From Pseudomonadota bacterium (GTDB taxonomy: Bacteria > Pseudomonadota > Alphaproteobacteria > Rhodobacterales > Rhodobacteraceae): 64,000 bases of DNA. Numbering within the stretch: the first letter of the stretch is position 1; every line of letters begins with the position of its first letter. This document shows positions 27,586 to 36,781 of this stretch, piece by piece. A model generated the notes under the pieces. That model did no database searches and was not told where the DNA came from. It saw only the letters and a program-made list of their open reading frames with translations. A program made the translations under genes and the position numbers. The stretch spans positions 13,484-77,483 of the forward strand of contig JBCBKU010000013.1 in NCBI GenBank assembly GCA_038521345.1, written 5' to 3'.

Positions 27586-29628
27586 TTAGTTGTCCTCGGC
27601 GAGGAACCACTGCGTCGCACGGTAGGGATAGGTCCGATAGTACTCGTAGCTCCATGTCTGGAACTCTGGCACGTTCTTCAGGCCGTTCCGGATGACGATC
27701 GGCGCCGGCGCATTAACAGTCCCAATAAAGAGCATGTTGTCGGTGAAGTTCTTGGCGATCCGGGCCCCGACCTCGGCAGCCTCCGCCGATCCGGGCACGG
27801 CCTGCTGAAGCGCATCGATATCAGCGATCATGTCCTTGGCAAACTGCGGCGGCTCGATCCCGGCCGAGCCGTCGCTGTCCAGCCACTCGGCCCACTTCAT
27901 GCCGGTGCGGTGACCGAAATAGGAGGAGTATGGCGGCACGAACTCTTCGTTTGAACCAAGCGCGATGGCGACGGGTTGGCCGCGCGACCACATCATAACG
28001 TCAAGTTCGTTGGCCGATTGCGCGGCACGGTATTCGTCCGGAGTGACTTCCTTGACCGTGGTCTGGATGCCGACATCTGCCCAGTTCTGCGCCACCAGTT
28101 CGACAACCTCGCCGGCGATGCCCTGCGTGGCGAACTGCATGTTCAGCGCAAAGGCGTCACCGTTCGGCAGCTCGCGGAAGCCGTCACCATCGGAGTCGGT
28201 CATGCCCAGCGCGTCAAGAGCGGCCATGGCCCCCTCGGCATCGAATTCGATCCCGACGCTTGCATATTCCGCGGCCCAGTCCGGCACGGGCGAGAACCCG
28301 AGATACGCCTGAGGCACACCTTGTCCAAAGTAGGCAATCTCGTTGATCTCGTCGCGGTTGATCGCCGACGACATCGCCTTGCGGAAGTCGACATTGTTGA
28401 ACACCGCACGCTTCGCTTCATCGTCAGAGGTGACGTTGAACGAGAACGTTGGCATCGCGATGGTTGGTTTGAGCTGTACCGTGTACCCGCCGCTTTCCTG
28501 GTTCTCCAGAAGTAGCGGAGCGGATGGCAGCTGCACCGATTGCGCCTTATAGTCGACTTCGCCGTTAACCAGCGCGAGGATCCGAACCTCGTTGTCGTTC
28601 TTATAAAGCTCGTCCTGGCGGCTGATGTAGGGAAGCTGCTGGCCCGTCGTGTCCACCTGGTGAAAATACGGGTTGGCGACAAGCTTGCGGCCCTCGGTGG
28701 TGTCGGCCGTATAGATGTGGCTCTCCAGAGTGGGCTGGGTGCCGTAGGGCAGCGCCTCGGCCTTGGCCGGGTCGCGCAGCATGGGCGACGGCGTGTCGGT
28801 CCAGTCAGAGCCACCGAAGTAGAAGTTGATCAGCTCATACCCACTCTCAAAGCCATACTCGGCCGCTTTGGCGTCAGCATCGGCGTTCAGCGCAGGATGG
28901 AACTGGCCCAGGAAATGCGCGGGCTGGAAGCCTTGCGCATAGCTCGTGGCGAAATGCACCAGCAGGCCCGGCTTGGGCGCGGCAAGCACGAACTTGAAGG
29001 TCGTGTCGTCGATCACTTCGATGGCGATGGGCTCACCACCGGCCAGAACGTAATCGGCGGGCTTTTCACGGATGTTGGAATCAAGGCTCAGATTCTCGAG
29101 CCAGAAGCGCACGTCTTCTGACGTGAACGGCGCACCGTCCGACCACTTGTGGCCCGCGCGCAGCGTCATAGTCAGCTCGGTGAAATCGTCGTTCCATTCC
29201 CAGGACTTGGCAACGTTCGGGACGATTGTCTCGAGATCGTCCGAGTAGCGCACCAGGTTTACGTGGCGAACCGAGAGGAAGTCCGACGTGCCGGCTTCCG
29301 TGGCATTCGAGAGAGCGTCAAATGTGCCGCCATAAGTGCCCACCATGTCGTAGGGCACCATCACAAGCGGCTCGGCCGGAAGGCGATCGGCCAGTGGCGG
29401 AAGGTCAGGGTTGCCCTGGATCTCGGCGTTGAGCGCCTCGATCTCGGGGTTGGTGCTGAATTCCATTGTGCAGCCCGCGGCAGCTTCGAACTCGGCGAGT
29501 TCATATTGCTGCGGAAATGCCCCGGGTTCGATCCCCATCTGGTCAGCCATCGTGACCGCCGGGCAGTTCGCAGCGGCTGCCGATGCCATAAGCACCCACA
29601 CTCCGCACGTGGAAAGCAATTGACGCAT
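27586..29628 (-). CDS. ABC substrate-binding protein, family 5 (peptide/nickel/opine type), unusually long
   Basis: ATG at 29628 (MRQLLSTCGVWVLMASAAAA signal peptide) has a GGGGGA RBS. About 680 aa. Confidence 0.85.
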   Translation of the reverse strand: MRQLLSTCGVWVLMASAAAANCPAVTMADQMGIEPGAFPQQYELAEFEAAAGCTMEFSTNPEIEALNAEIQGNPDLPPLADRLPAEPLVMVPYDMVGTYGGTFDALSNATEAGTSDFLSVRHVNLVRYSDDLETIVPNVAKSWEWNDDFTELTMTLRAGHKWSDGAPFTSEDVRFWLENLSLDSNIREKPADYVLAGGEPIAIEVIDDTTFKFVLAAPKPGLLVHFATSYAQGFQPAHFLGQFHPALNADADAKAAEYGFESGYELINFYFGGSDWTDTPSPMLRDPAKAEALPYGTQPTLESHIYTADTTEGRKLVANPYFHQVDTTGQQLPYISRQDELYKNDNEVRILALVNGEVDYKAQSVQLPSAPLLLENQESGGYTVQLKPTIAMPTFSFNVTSDDEAKRAVFNNVDFRKAMSSAINRDEINEIAYFGQGVPQAYLGFSPVPDWAAEYASVGIEFDAEGAMAALDALGMTDSDGDGFRELPNGDAFALNMQFATQGIAGEVVELVAQNWADVGIQTTVKEVTPDEYRAAQSANELDVMMWSRGQPVAIALGSNEEFVPPYSSYFGHRTGMKWAEWLDSDGSAGIEPPQFAKDMIADIDALQQAVPGSAEAAEVGARIAKNFTDNMLFIGTVNAPAPIVIRNGLKNVPEFQTWSYEYYRTYPYRATQWFLAEDN

Positions 29629-29788
29629 TGTGTCCCCCAATTTTTACAGGATTCTTCCAGGCGCGCAGAGAAGCCGCGGATTGAAACGGTTTTGTGACAC
29701 CCAGTTCACCGTTTTTGTTAGCGTCAACGAAGGTTGACACTTCCCGCCCAACACGTTTGCATCTGCTGGTGCGAACAGGAGCTTCTCA

Positions 29789-30505
29789 ATGAGGCTGGAA
29801 TCCAGCGATCTCAAGATTGATTGCACCTTTTGCCCGATCCGCCACAGCGCCATCTGCTCCCGGTGCGAGGAAGACGAACTGGTCGAGCTGAATGCAATCA
29901 AGTTTTATAAGCCAATCCCGGCTGGTCAGACCATTGCCATTCGAGGCGACCGCCTCGATATCATAGCGTCGATCGTGTCCGGGGTGGCGACGCTGACGCG
30001 GGCGATCGACGATGGGCGCACTCAGGTCACCGGGCTCTTGTTGCCGTCCGACTACATCGGCCGTCCGGGACGTGACACGGCACCGCACGACATCACCGCA
30101 GTCACCGACCTGACGCTTTGCTGCTTCCACAAGAGGCCGTTCGAAGAACTCTTGGCGCGCACGCCGCATCTTCACGAACGCATGCTGGAGATGGCGCTGG
30201 ACGAACTCGATGCAGCGCACGAGTGGATGCTTCTGCTTGGCCGAAAATCGGCACGAGAGAAGATTGCCTCGTTGCTACTTCTCATCTTGCGCCGGTCGCA
30301 CATCGCGGGTGACGGCTCGGCATCGATCGAGTTGCCGCTGTCGAGGGAATCCATCGCGAACTATCTCGGCCTGACGATCGAAACCGTCAGCCGCCAAATC
30401 ACGGCCTTGCGCAAAGAGGGTCTGATTGCGCTCGAAGGGACACGGAAGGTGGTGATCCCAGATCCGGACGCATTGGCGGCCGAGGCGGGCGAAACCGACG
30501 CATAA
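29789..30505 (+). CDS. fnrL: Crp/Fnr-family oxygen-responsive regulator
   Basis: N-terminal Cys cluster CTFCPIRHSAICSRC, cNMP-like barrel, C-terminal HTH (SRESIANYLGLTIETVSRQI). Sits next to ccoNOQP. Confidence 0.85.
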   Translation: MRLESSDLKIDCTFCPIRHSAICSRCEEDELVELNAIKFYKPIPAGQTIAIRGDRLDIIASIVSGVATLTRAIDDGRTQVTGLLLPSDYIGRPGRDTAPHDITAVTDLTLCCFHKRPFEELLARTPHLHERMLEMALDELDAAHEWMLLLGRKSAREKIASLLLLILRRSHIAGDGSASIELPLSRESIANYLGLTIETVSRQITALRKEGLIALEGTRKVVIPDPDALAAEAGETDA

Positions 30506-30588
30506 TCCCCGAATTTGACCTGCCGCAAAGCGCCGGCAAGCGAAACATGGCAGTTTCTTTCTCCATCCAATGAGGGGGAGGACAAGCC

Positions 30589-30996
30589 ATGTACAAGACC
30601 ATTCTCGTTCCCGTATCTTTCGATGAAGAGCGGGATCTGGACACCGCCATTGCAGTGGCGCAGACGCTTGCGGCGCCTGATGCACAGATCACCTTTCTTC
30701 ATGTGATCGAACTGATGCCGGCCTATGTCGCCGAAGTGATCCCGCCCGAAATGTACCCTGATCGTCGCAAGTCCGCGGAGACCCGCACACGTGAGATCGC
30801 AAGTGCAGTCGAGGGCGCCCACGCAGCCGTCGTTGACGGGCCCGCCGGCCGGACAATCACAACATGGGCACGCGACAATGACGCCGACCTGATCGTTGTG
30901 GCTTCCCATCGGCCCGAGATGGCCGACATCTTTCTGGGTTCGACGGCGGCTTGGGTGGTGCGCCACGCCCCCTGTTCGGTTCACGTCGTGCGGTGA
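30589..30996 (+). CDS. Universal stress protein (UspA family)
   Basis: 135 aa, MYKTILVPV...GSTAAWVVRHAPCSVHVV. Strong GAGGGGGAGGA RBS. Confidence 0.8.
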   Translation: MYKTILVPVSFDEERDLDTAIAVAQTLAAPDAQITFLHVIELMPAYVAEVIPPEMYPDRRKSAETRTREIASAVEGAHAAVVDGPAGRTITTWARDNDADLIVVASHRPEMADIFLGSTAAWVVRHAPCSVHVVR

Positions 30997-31018
30997 ACGG
31001 GCGCGTCCAAACGGCCCG

Positions 31019-31032
31019 TTGATCCAGATCAA
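31019..31032. promoter_or_regulatory. FNR/FnrL box upstream of ccoN
   Basis: Perfect TTGAT-CCAG-ATCAA, 97 bp upstream of the ccoN ATG. Confidence 0.75.
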
Positions 31033-31128
31033 GGCAGCCGGCCGAGGCGCATCCTAGTCACAATCTGCGAACAGGTCCGCGCGCGCCCCGGGGCGAGTGC
31101 GGCAGCGGAAGGCAAGGGGACGACACCC

Positions 31129-32727
31129 ATGTGGGACACATTCAAACTCATCATTCTGGGCCTGATAGCCCTCTCGGCCGCCATCGCGGCCGATTGGGGC
31201 CATGATCTGGCCTACCAGGTCCACGCATTCATCATCATGCTGGTGGCAGCGGGACTTTTCGTCTGGCAGATGCGGCAGATCGGCAAACCGGCGGCCGTGC
31301 TTGATACCACGGGCTATATGGACGGCCCCGTCCGGGCCGGCGTTATTGCGACGGCCTTCTGGGGCGTCGTGGGTTTTTTGGCCGGCGTCTTCATCGCCTT
31401 CCAATTGGCCTTTCCGGGTCTCAACTTTGAATGGGGCCAGCCCTATACCAATTTCGGTCGACTGCGCCCCCTGCACACCAGCGCGGTGATCTTCGCGTTC
31501 GGCGGCAACGCGTTGATCATGTCGTCCTTCTACATTGTCCAGCGTACATCCGGCGCAAGGCTCTGGGGCGGCAACCTCGCGTGGTTCGTCTTCTGGGGCT
31601 ACAACCTGTTCATCGTGCTGGCCGCGACCGGTTATCTCCTCGGTGCCACACAATCCAAGGAATATGCCGAGCCGGAGTGGTACGTCGACATCTGGCTGAC
31701 CGTCGTCTGGGTGGCGTTTCTCGCTGTCTACCTGGGCACGATCGCGATCCGCAAAGAGCGACACATTTACGTCGCGAACTGGTTCCTTTTGTCGTTCATC
31801 ATCACCGTGGCGATGCTTCACATCGTCAACAACCTGTCGATCCCGGTCTCGCTTCTCGGTTCAAAGTCGGTGCAGGTCTTCTCGGGTGTGCAGGACGCGA
31901 TGGTGCAATGGTGGTACGGCCACAACGCCGTTGGCTTCTTCCTGACCGCCGGCTTTCTCGGGATGATGTACTATTTCGTGCCGAAGCAGGCAGGGCGCCC
32001 GGTCTTTTCGTACAAGCTTTCAATCATCCACTTCTGGGCCCTGATCTTTCTTTATATCTGGGCGGGTCCGCACCACCTGCACTACACGGCTCTCCCGGAT
32101 TGGGCGTCCACGCTTGGCATGGTCTTCTCAGTTATTCTCTGGATGCCAAGCTGGGGTGGCATGATCAACGGCCTGATGACGCTGAACGGCGCTTGGGACA
32201 AGATCCGGACCGATCCGATCATTCGGATGATGGTGGTCAGCCTCGCCTTCTACGGCATGTCGACCTTTGAAGGGCCGATGATGTCGATCCGGGCGGTCAA
32301 CAGCCTCAGCCACTACACCGACTGGACCATCGGGCACGTTCATTCCGGCGCTCTTGGCTGGAACGGCATGATCACCTTCGCGGCGCTCTACTTCCTTGCG
32401 CCGCGGCTCTGGGGCCGGATGTCGATGTATTCGGTGCCGGCGATCAACTGGCACTTCTGGCTCGCCACAATCGGGATCGTTCTCTACGCGGCCTCGATGT
32501 GGGTGACCGGCATCATGGAAGGCCTGATGTGGCGCGAAGTCGACGCCCAGGGCTTCCTCGTGAACAGCTTCGCCGACACGGTTGAAGCCAAGTTCCCGAT
32601 GTACATCGTGCGGGCTTTGGGCGGGGTCCTTTACCTCTCCGGCGCGCTGATCATGGCCTGGAACCTGTGGATGACGATCCGGGGCGGCGCGCGCGCGTCC
32701 GCACCGGTCGGCGTCCCGGCCGAGTAA
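31129..32727 (+). CDS. ccoN: cbb3-type cytochrome c oxidase subunit I
   Basis: 532 aa, multi-TM with the heme-copper His ligands. Followed by ccoO, ccoQ and ccoP. Confidence 0.95.
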   Translation: MWDTFKLIILGLIALSAAIAADWGHDLAYQVHAFIIMLVAAGLFVWQMRQIGKPAAVLDTTGYMDGPVRAGVIATAFWGVVGFLAGVFIAFQLAFPGLNFEWGQPYTNFGRLRPLHTSAVIFAFGGNALIMSSFYIVQRTSGARLWGGNLAWFVFWGYNLFIVLAATGYLLGATQSKEYAEPEWYVDIWLTVVWVAFLAVYLGTIAIRKERHIYVANWFLLSFIITVAMLHIVNNLSIPVSLLGSKSVQVFSGVQDAMVQWWYGHNAVGFFLTAGFLGMMYYFVPKQAGRPVFSYKLSIIHFWALIFLYIWAGPHHLHYTALPDWASTLGMVFSVILWMPSWGGMINGLMTLNGAWDKIRTDPIIRMMVVSLAFYGMSTFEGPMMSIRAVNSLSHYTDWTIGHVHSGALGWNGMITFAALYFLAPRLWGRMSMYSVPAINWHFWLATIGIVLYAASMWVTGIMEGLMWREVDAQGFLVNSFADTVEAKFPMYIVRALGGVLYLSGALIMAWNLWMTIRGGARASAPVGVPAE

Positions 32728-32737
32728 GGACATCCCG

Positions 32738-33493
32738 ATGACCGATACTTCCGAAACCCCGCCGAAGAAAACGATCCTGTCCCGTCACGGGATCCTGGAA
32801 CGCAGTCCGACGCTTTTGTTCGTCTTCTCTCTTCTGGTTGTCACGATTGGCGGCATCGTCGAGATCGCGCCACTCTTCTACCTCGAGAACACGATCGAAG
32901 AGGTCGACGGCGTGCGCCCCTACTCGCCCTTGGAACTGGCTGGGCGCGACATCTACGTCCGCGAAGGCTGTTATGTCTGCCACAGCCAGATGATCCGGCC
33001 CATGCGGGACGAGGTTGAACGCTACGGTCACTATTCACTGGCGGCGGAATCCAAATACGACCACCCGTTCCAATGGGGTTCCAAGCGAACCGGCCCAGAT
33101 CTGGCCCGGGTCGGTGGCCGCTACTCGGACGCCTGGCATGTGGACCACTTCACCGATCCGCAATCGGTAGTCCCGGAAAGCGTCATGCCCAAATACGCCT
33201 TCCTCGCTGAAACACGGCTGGACATCCCGGATGTCGAGGCTCTTTTGCGAACGCACCGCTTCGTGGGCGTCCCCTATACCGACGAGATGATCGACGCCGC
33301 AGAAACGGATCTGCGCGTGCAGGTCGATCCGGATGGCGACTGGGATGCGCTGGTCGAGCGCTACCCGGGCGCGGTCGTCTCGAACTTCGACGGGCGGCCA
33401 CAGCTGACCGAGATGGATGCGATCATCGCCTACATGCAGATGCTCGGCACCAGCGTCGATTTCACGACCTTCACCCCAGACGTCAGCCGATAG
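32738..33493 (+). CDS. ccoO: cbb3-type cytochrome c oxidase subunit II (monoheme)
   Basis: CYVCH heme-c motif and an N-terminal TM anchor. Confidence 0.95.
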   Translation: MTDTSETPPKKTILSRHGILERSPTLLFVFSLLVVTIGGIVEIAPLFYLENTIEEVDGVRPYSPLELAGRDIYVREGCYVCHSQMIRPMRDEVERYGHYSLAAESKYDHPFQWGSKRTGPDLARVGGRYSDAWHVDHFTDPQSVVPESVMPKYAFLAETRLDIPDVEALLRTHRFVGVPYTDEMIDAAETDLRVQVDPDGDWDALVERYPGAVVSNFDGRPQLTEMDAIIAYMQMLGTSVDFTTFTPDVSR

Positions 33494-33503
33494 GACGAGG
33501 CCA

Positions 33504-33740
33504 ATGGAAACCTATACCTTTCTCCGCGAACTTGCCGACAGCTGGGTCCTGCTGGCCATGGTGATCTTCTACATCGGCGCGATACTTTGGGCACTTCGCC
33601 CGGGCGCTCGCCGGATGTACGACGAAATCTCAGAAATCCCGCTTCGCAACGACGACAGCCCCAAGACTTCCTGCTCCGGCACCTGTGAAGACTGCCGCGC
33701 AGCTGCTCAGATTTCCTTTCTTCAGCCGGAGGATGCGTGA
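33504..33740 (+). CDS. ccoQ: cbb3-type cytochrome c oxidase subunit CcoQ
   Basis: METYTFLRELADSWVLLAMVIFYIGAILWALRPG is the typical CcoQ TM segment. Located between ccoO and ccoP. Confidence 0.75.
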   Translation: METYTFLRELADSWVLLAMVIFYIGAILWALRPGARRMYDEISEIPLRNDDSPKTSCSGTCEDCRAAAQISFLQPEDA

Positions 33741-34612
33741 TGTCCGACCAAACCGACCACGATCCGGTCACGGGTATCGATACCACCGGCCACAGCTGGG
33801 ACGGGATCAAGGAGTTGAACAGCCCCCTGCCGCGCTGGTGGCTCTGGACCTTCTATATCACGATCGTCTGGGGCATCGCCTATACGGTGGCCTACCCCGC
33901 GTGGCCTTTGATTGAACGGGCAACCGGCGGCGTCATCGGCTTTTCGACCCGCGCGCAGGTGGCAGAGGATATCGCCCGCGTCGATGCGATGAACGCCGAA
34001 GTGGCCGAACGTCTGGCCTCTGCGGATCTGACGACGCTGGCGGCCACAGATCCCGCATTCCAGTACGGCGTGGCCGGCGGGGCCGCTGTGTTCCGCGCAA
34101 ATTGTTCCCAATGCCACGGCGCGGGTGCCGCGGGTGTTCAGGCCGCCGGCTATCCAAACCTTCTTGACGATGCCTGGCTTTGGGGAGGTACGCTCGACGC
34201 GATCGAGTATACCGTCCGCCACGGCATTCGGAACGAGATCGACTACGACTCGCGCTGGTCCCAGATGCCCGCCTACGGCGAGATGCTCGAGGACGCTGAG
34301 ATAGCCGGCGTTGTTGAATACGTCCTGTCGCTTTCAGGGTCGGATCATGACGCGGCTCTGGCCGAAGGCGGCGCAGTCACCTTCTCGGAACAATGCGCAG
34401 CCTGCCATGGTGACATGGGCCTTGGCATGCAGGACCAGGGTGCACCCAACTTGGCAGATGCGATCTGGCTCTATGGCGGGTCGCGCGAAACGATCACGGA
34501 AACGGTGACCTATGCGCGCTTCGGCGTCATGCCTCCCTGGGGCCAACGGCTGAGCGACGATGAGATCAAGGCGGTCACGCTTTACGTGCACCAATTGGGC
34601 GGCGGCGAATAA
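33740..34612 (+). CDS. ccoP: cbb3-type cytochrome c oxidase subunit III (diheme)
   Basis: Two CxxCH motifs (CSQCH, CAACH). The ATG at 33740 shares 1 nt with the ccoQ stop; the alternative is GTG at 33737. Confidence 0.9.
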   Translation: MSDQTDHDPVTGIDTTGHSWDGIKELNSPLPRWWLWTFYITIVWGIAYTVAYPAWPLIERATGGVIGFSTRAQVAEDIARVDAMNAEVAERLASADLTTLAATDPAFQYGVAGGAAVFRANCSQCHGAGAAGVQAAGYPNLLDDAWLWGGTLDAIEYTVRHGIRNEIDYDSRWSQMPAYGEMLEDAEIAGVVEYVLSLSGSDHDAALAEGGAVTFSEQCAACHGDMGLGMQDQGAPNLADAIWLYGGSRETITETVTYARFGVMPPWGQRLSDDEIKAVTLYVHQLGGGE

Positions 34613-34721
34613 CACGCTTGACCCGAGACGGCCGGTGGCATCCCCGCCCGGCCAAGCCCCGGCCCCGGACCCTGTTCGCACACTCGCGTCGGTGGGCCGG
34701 GGCACACCCTTTCCTTCCTCG

Positions 34722-34735
34722 TTGACCGAGATCAA
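34722..34735. promoter_or_regulatory. FNR/FnrL box upstream of ccoG
   Basis: TTGAC-CGAG-ATCAA (9/10 match to consensus), 56 bp upstream of the ccoG ATG. Confidence 0.65.
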
Positions 34736-34790
34736 AGCAGCCCGAGGCACGGGTTTCTATGCTGGTCCGGCGAACAGATAGGTCCCGACG

Positions 34791-36323
34791 ATGACGAGCT
34801 CCGAGCCTCAGAGCCTCTACGCCGCGCGCGAGCCGATTTTCCCCCGCCGTGTCTCCGGCCCTTTCCGGAGGCTGAAATGGTGGATCATGATCGTGACGCT
34901 GGGCATCTACTACATCACACCCTGGATCCGATGGGACCGGGGGCCGAACCTGCCCGACCAGGCTGTCCTCGTGGATCTTGCCGGCCGGCGCTTCTACTTT
35001 TTCTGGATCGAAATCTGGCCGCACGAATTCTATTTCGTGGCCGGGCTGCTTATCATGGCGGGCCTTGGGCTTTTCCTTTTCACCTCGGCCCTAGGCCGGG
35101 TCTGGTGCGGCTATACCTGCCCCCAGACCGTCTGGACCGACCTTTTCCTACTGGTCGAGCGTTGGGTCGAAGGTGACCGGAACGCGCGCCTTCGCCTCCA
35201 CCGCGCACCGCTCTCATTCACCAAGGCACGGCTTCGAGTCTCGAAATGGGTGCTCTGGCTCCTCATCTCGGTCGCGACCGGCGGCGCATGGGTCTTCTAC
35301 TTCGCCGATGCGCCCTCTCTTTTCCGCGATCTTTTCACCCTGAACGCGCCCGCCGTCGCCTATTCCACGGTCGCCATTCTGACCGCGACGACATTCATAT
35401 TCGGCGGCTTCATGCGCGAACAGGTCTGCATCTACATGTGCCCTTGGCCCCGGATCCAGGCCGCCATGATGGACGACCATACACTTACGGTCGCCTATCG
35501 CGACTGGCGCGGCGAACCGCGTGGCAAACACACCAAACGACGCGCCGCCGAAGCCGCGCAGGCCGCCGGTCCGCAGATTGGCGGTCGGTCCCCAGCAATC
35601 CCGCTTCCCGGTGCGGATCGCAGAGGCGATGCCGCGTCTGGTCCCATCGATCCGTCCGCGCCGGGCGACTGCATCGATTGCAATGCCTGCGTCAACGTCT
35701 GCCCGATGGGGATCGATATTCGCGACGGCCAGCAACTGGCCTGCATCACCTGCGCGCTCTGTATCGACGCCTGTGACGACGTCATGCACAAGATCGGCAA
35801 GCCACGGGGTCTGATCGACTATGTCGCCTTGTCGGACGAGGCCAGCGAACGCGCCGGCAACTCGCCGATCCCGCCCTGGCGCCACGCGCTGCGCCCACGC
35901 ACGATCCTTTACACCGCGCTTTGGTCACTTGTGGGTGTCGGACTTCTTTGGGCCCTGTTCATTAGGGCCGAAATTGACGCGACAGTGGCTCCGATCCGGA
36001 ACCCTCAATTCGTCGTGCTCTCGGACGGTTCGATCCGAAACGCATATGACATCCGGCTTCGAAACAAGCACGGCGAGGAACGCCCCTTCCGCATTGGAGT
36101 GACCGGCGACCCGACACTGCGCGTGGCGCTTGAAGGCACGATCTACGAACAGATCACCGTGCCACCCGATTCCACGACGCTGCAGCGGGTCTACGTTATC
36201 ACGCCCGGCGGGTCCGAACCTGCGACTGCAGAGCGTACCGCCATCCGTTTCTGGATCGAGGATCTCGTCTCGGGTGAGCGTGTCTCGAAGGACAGCCTTT
36301 TCAACGGGAGGATGACCCAGTGA
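34791..36323 (+). CDS. ccoG: cbb3 oxidase accessory protein CcoG/FixG/RdxA (4Fe-4S ferredoxin-type membrane protein)
   Basis: CIDCNACVNVCP and CITCALCIDAC ferredoxin motifs, N-terminal TM helices. Confidence 0.9.
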   Translation: MTSSEPQSLYAAREPIFPRRVSGPFRRLKWWIMIVTLGIYYITPWIRWDRGPNLPDQAVLVDLAGRRFYFFWIEIWPHEFYFVAGLLIMAGLGLFLFTSALGRVWCGYTCPQTVWTDLFLLVERWVEGDRNARLRLHRAPLSFTKARLRVSKWVLWLLISVATGGAWVFYFADAPSLFRDLFTLNAPAVAYSTVAILTATTFIFGGFMREQVCIYMCPWPRIQAAMMDDHTLTVAYRDWRGEPRGKHTKRRAAEAAQAAGPQIGGRSPAIPLPGADRRGDAASGPIDPSAPGDCIDCNACVNVCPMGIDIRDGQQLACITCALCIDACDDVMHKIGKPRGLIDYVALSDEASERAGNSPIPPWRHALRPRTILYTALWSLVGVGLLWALFIRAEIDATVAPIRNPQFVVLSDGSIRNAYDIRLRNKHGEERPFRIGVTGDPTLRVALEGTIYEQITVPPDSTTLQRVYVITPGGSEPATAERTAIRFWIEDLVSGERVSKDSLFNGRMTQ

Positions 36324-36781
36324 ACAAACCTCGTGAACTTACCGGCCGCCATGTCGCAATGATCTTCGGCGGTGCGTTCAGCGTCATCATCGCGGTCAAC
36401 CTCACACTCGCCACGCAGGCCGTGCGCACATTCCCGGGGCTTGAGGTCAAAAACTCCTACGTCGCCAGCCAGCATTTCGAGGCCGAGCGCGCCGCGCAGA
36501 ATGCGCTTGGCTGGACCGTAGGAACCCGAATGGAAGACGGAATCCTGACCCTTGCGATCACTGATGCAGATGGCCCAGTAGCACCCGAAATTGTCCAGGC
36601 CACACTTGGCCGTGCCACCCATGTCGGGGAAGATCGCACCCTCACCTTCACCTTCGACGGCACCGCGCTTCGCGCCCCCGCACCGGGCCTGGGAACCGGG
36701 AACTGGAACCTTCGACTGGTTGCCAAAGCGGATGACGGTACGGTCTTCAAGCGGCGCCTCGTCCTGAGGGTCGGGGGATGA
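36320..36781 (+). CDS. ccoH: FixH/CcoH family cbb3 assembly protein
   Basis: GTGA overlap with ccoG. TM anchor plus a periplasmic domain; operon position. Confidence 0.8.
   Translation: MNKPRELTGRHVAMIFGGAFSVIIAVNLTLATQAVRTFPGLEVKNSYVASQHFEAERAAQNALGWTVGTRMEDGILTLAITDADGPVAPEIVQATLGRATHVGEDRTLTFTFDGTALRAPAPGLGTGNWNLRLVAKADDGTVFKRRLVLRVGG

Noticed and set aside
30515-30528. Possible FNR half-site TTGAC-CTGC-CGCAA upstream of the usp gene.
   Set aside because: Only the left half matches the consensus, and the right half is 3/5. This is too weak to call without comparative support.
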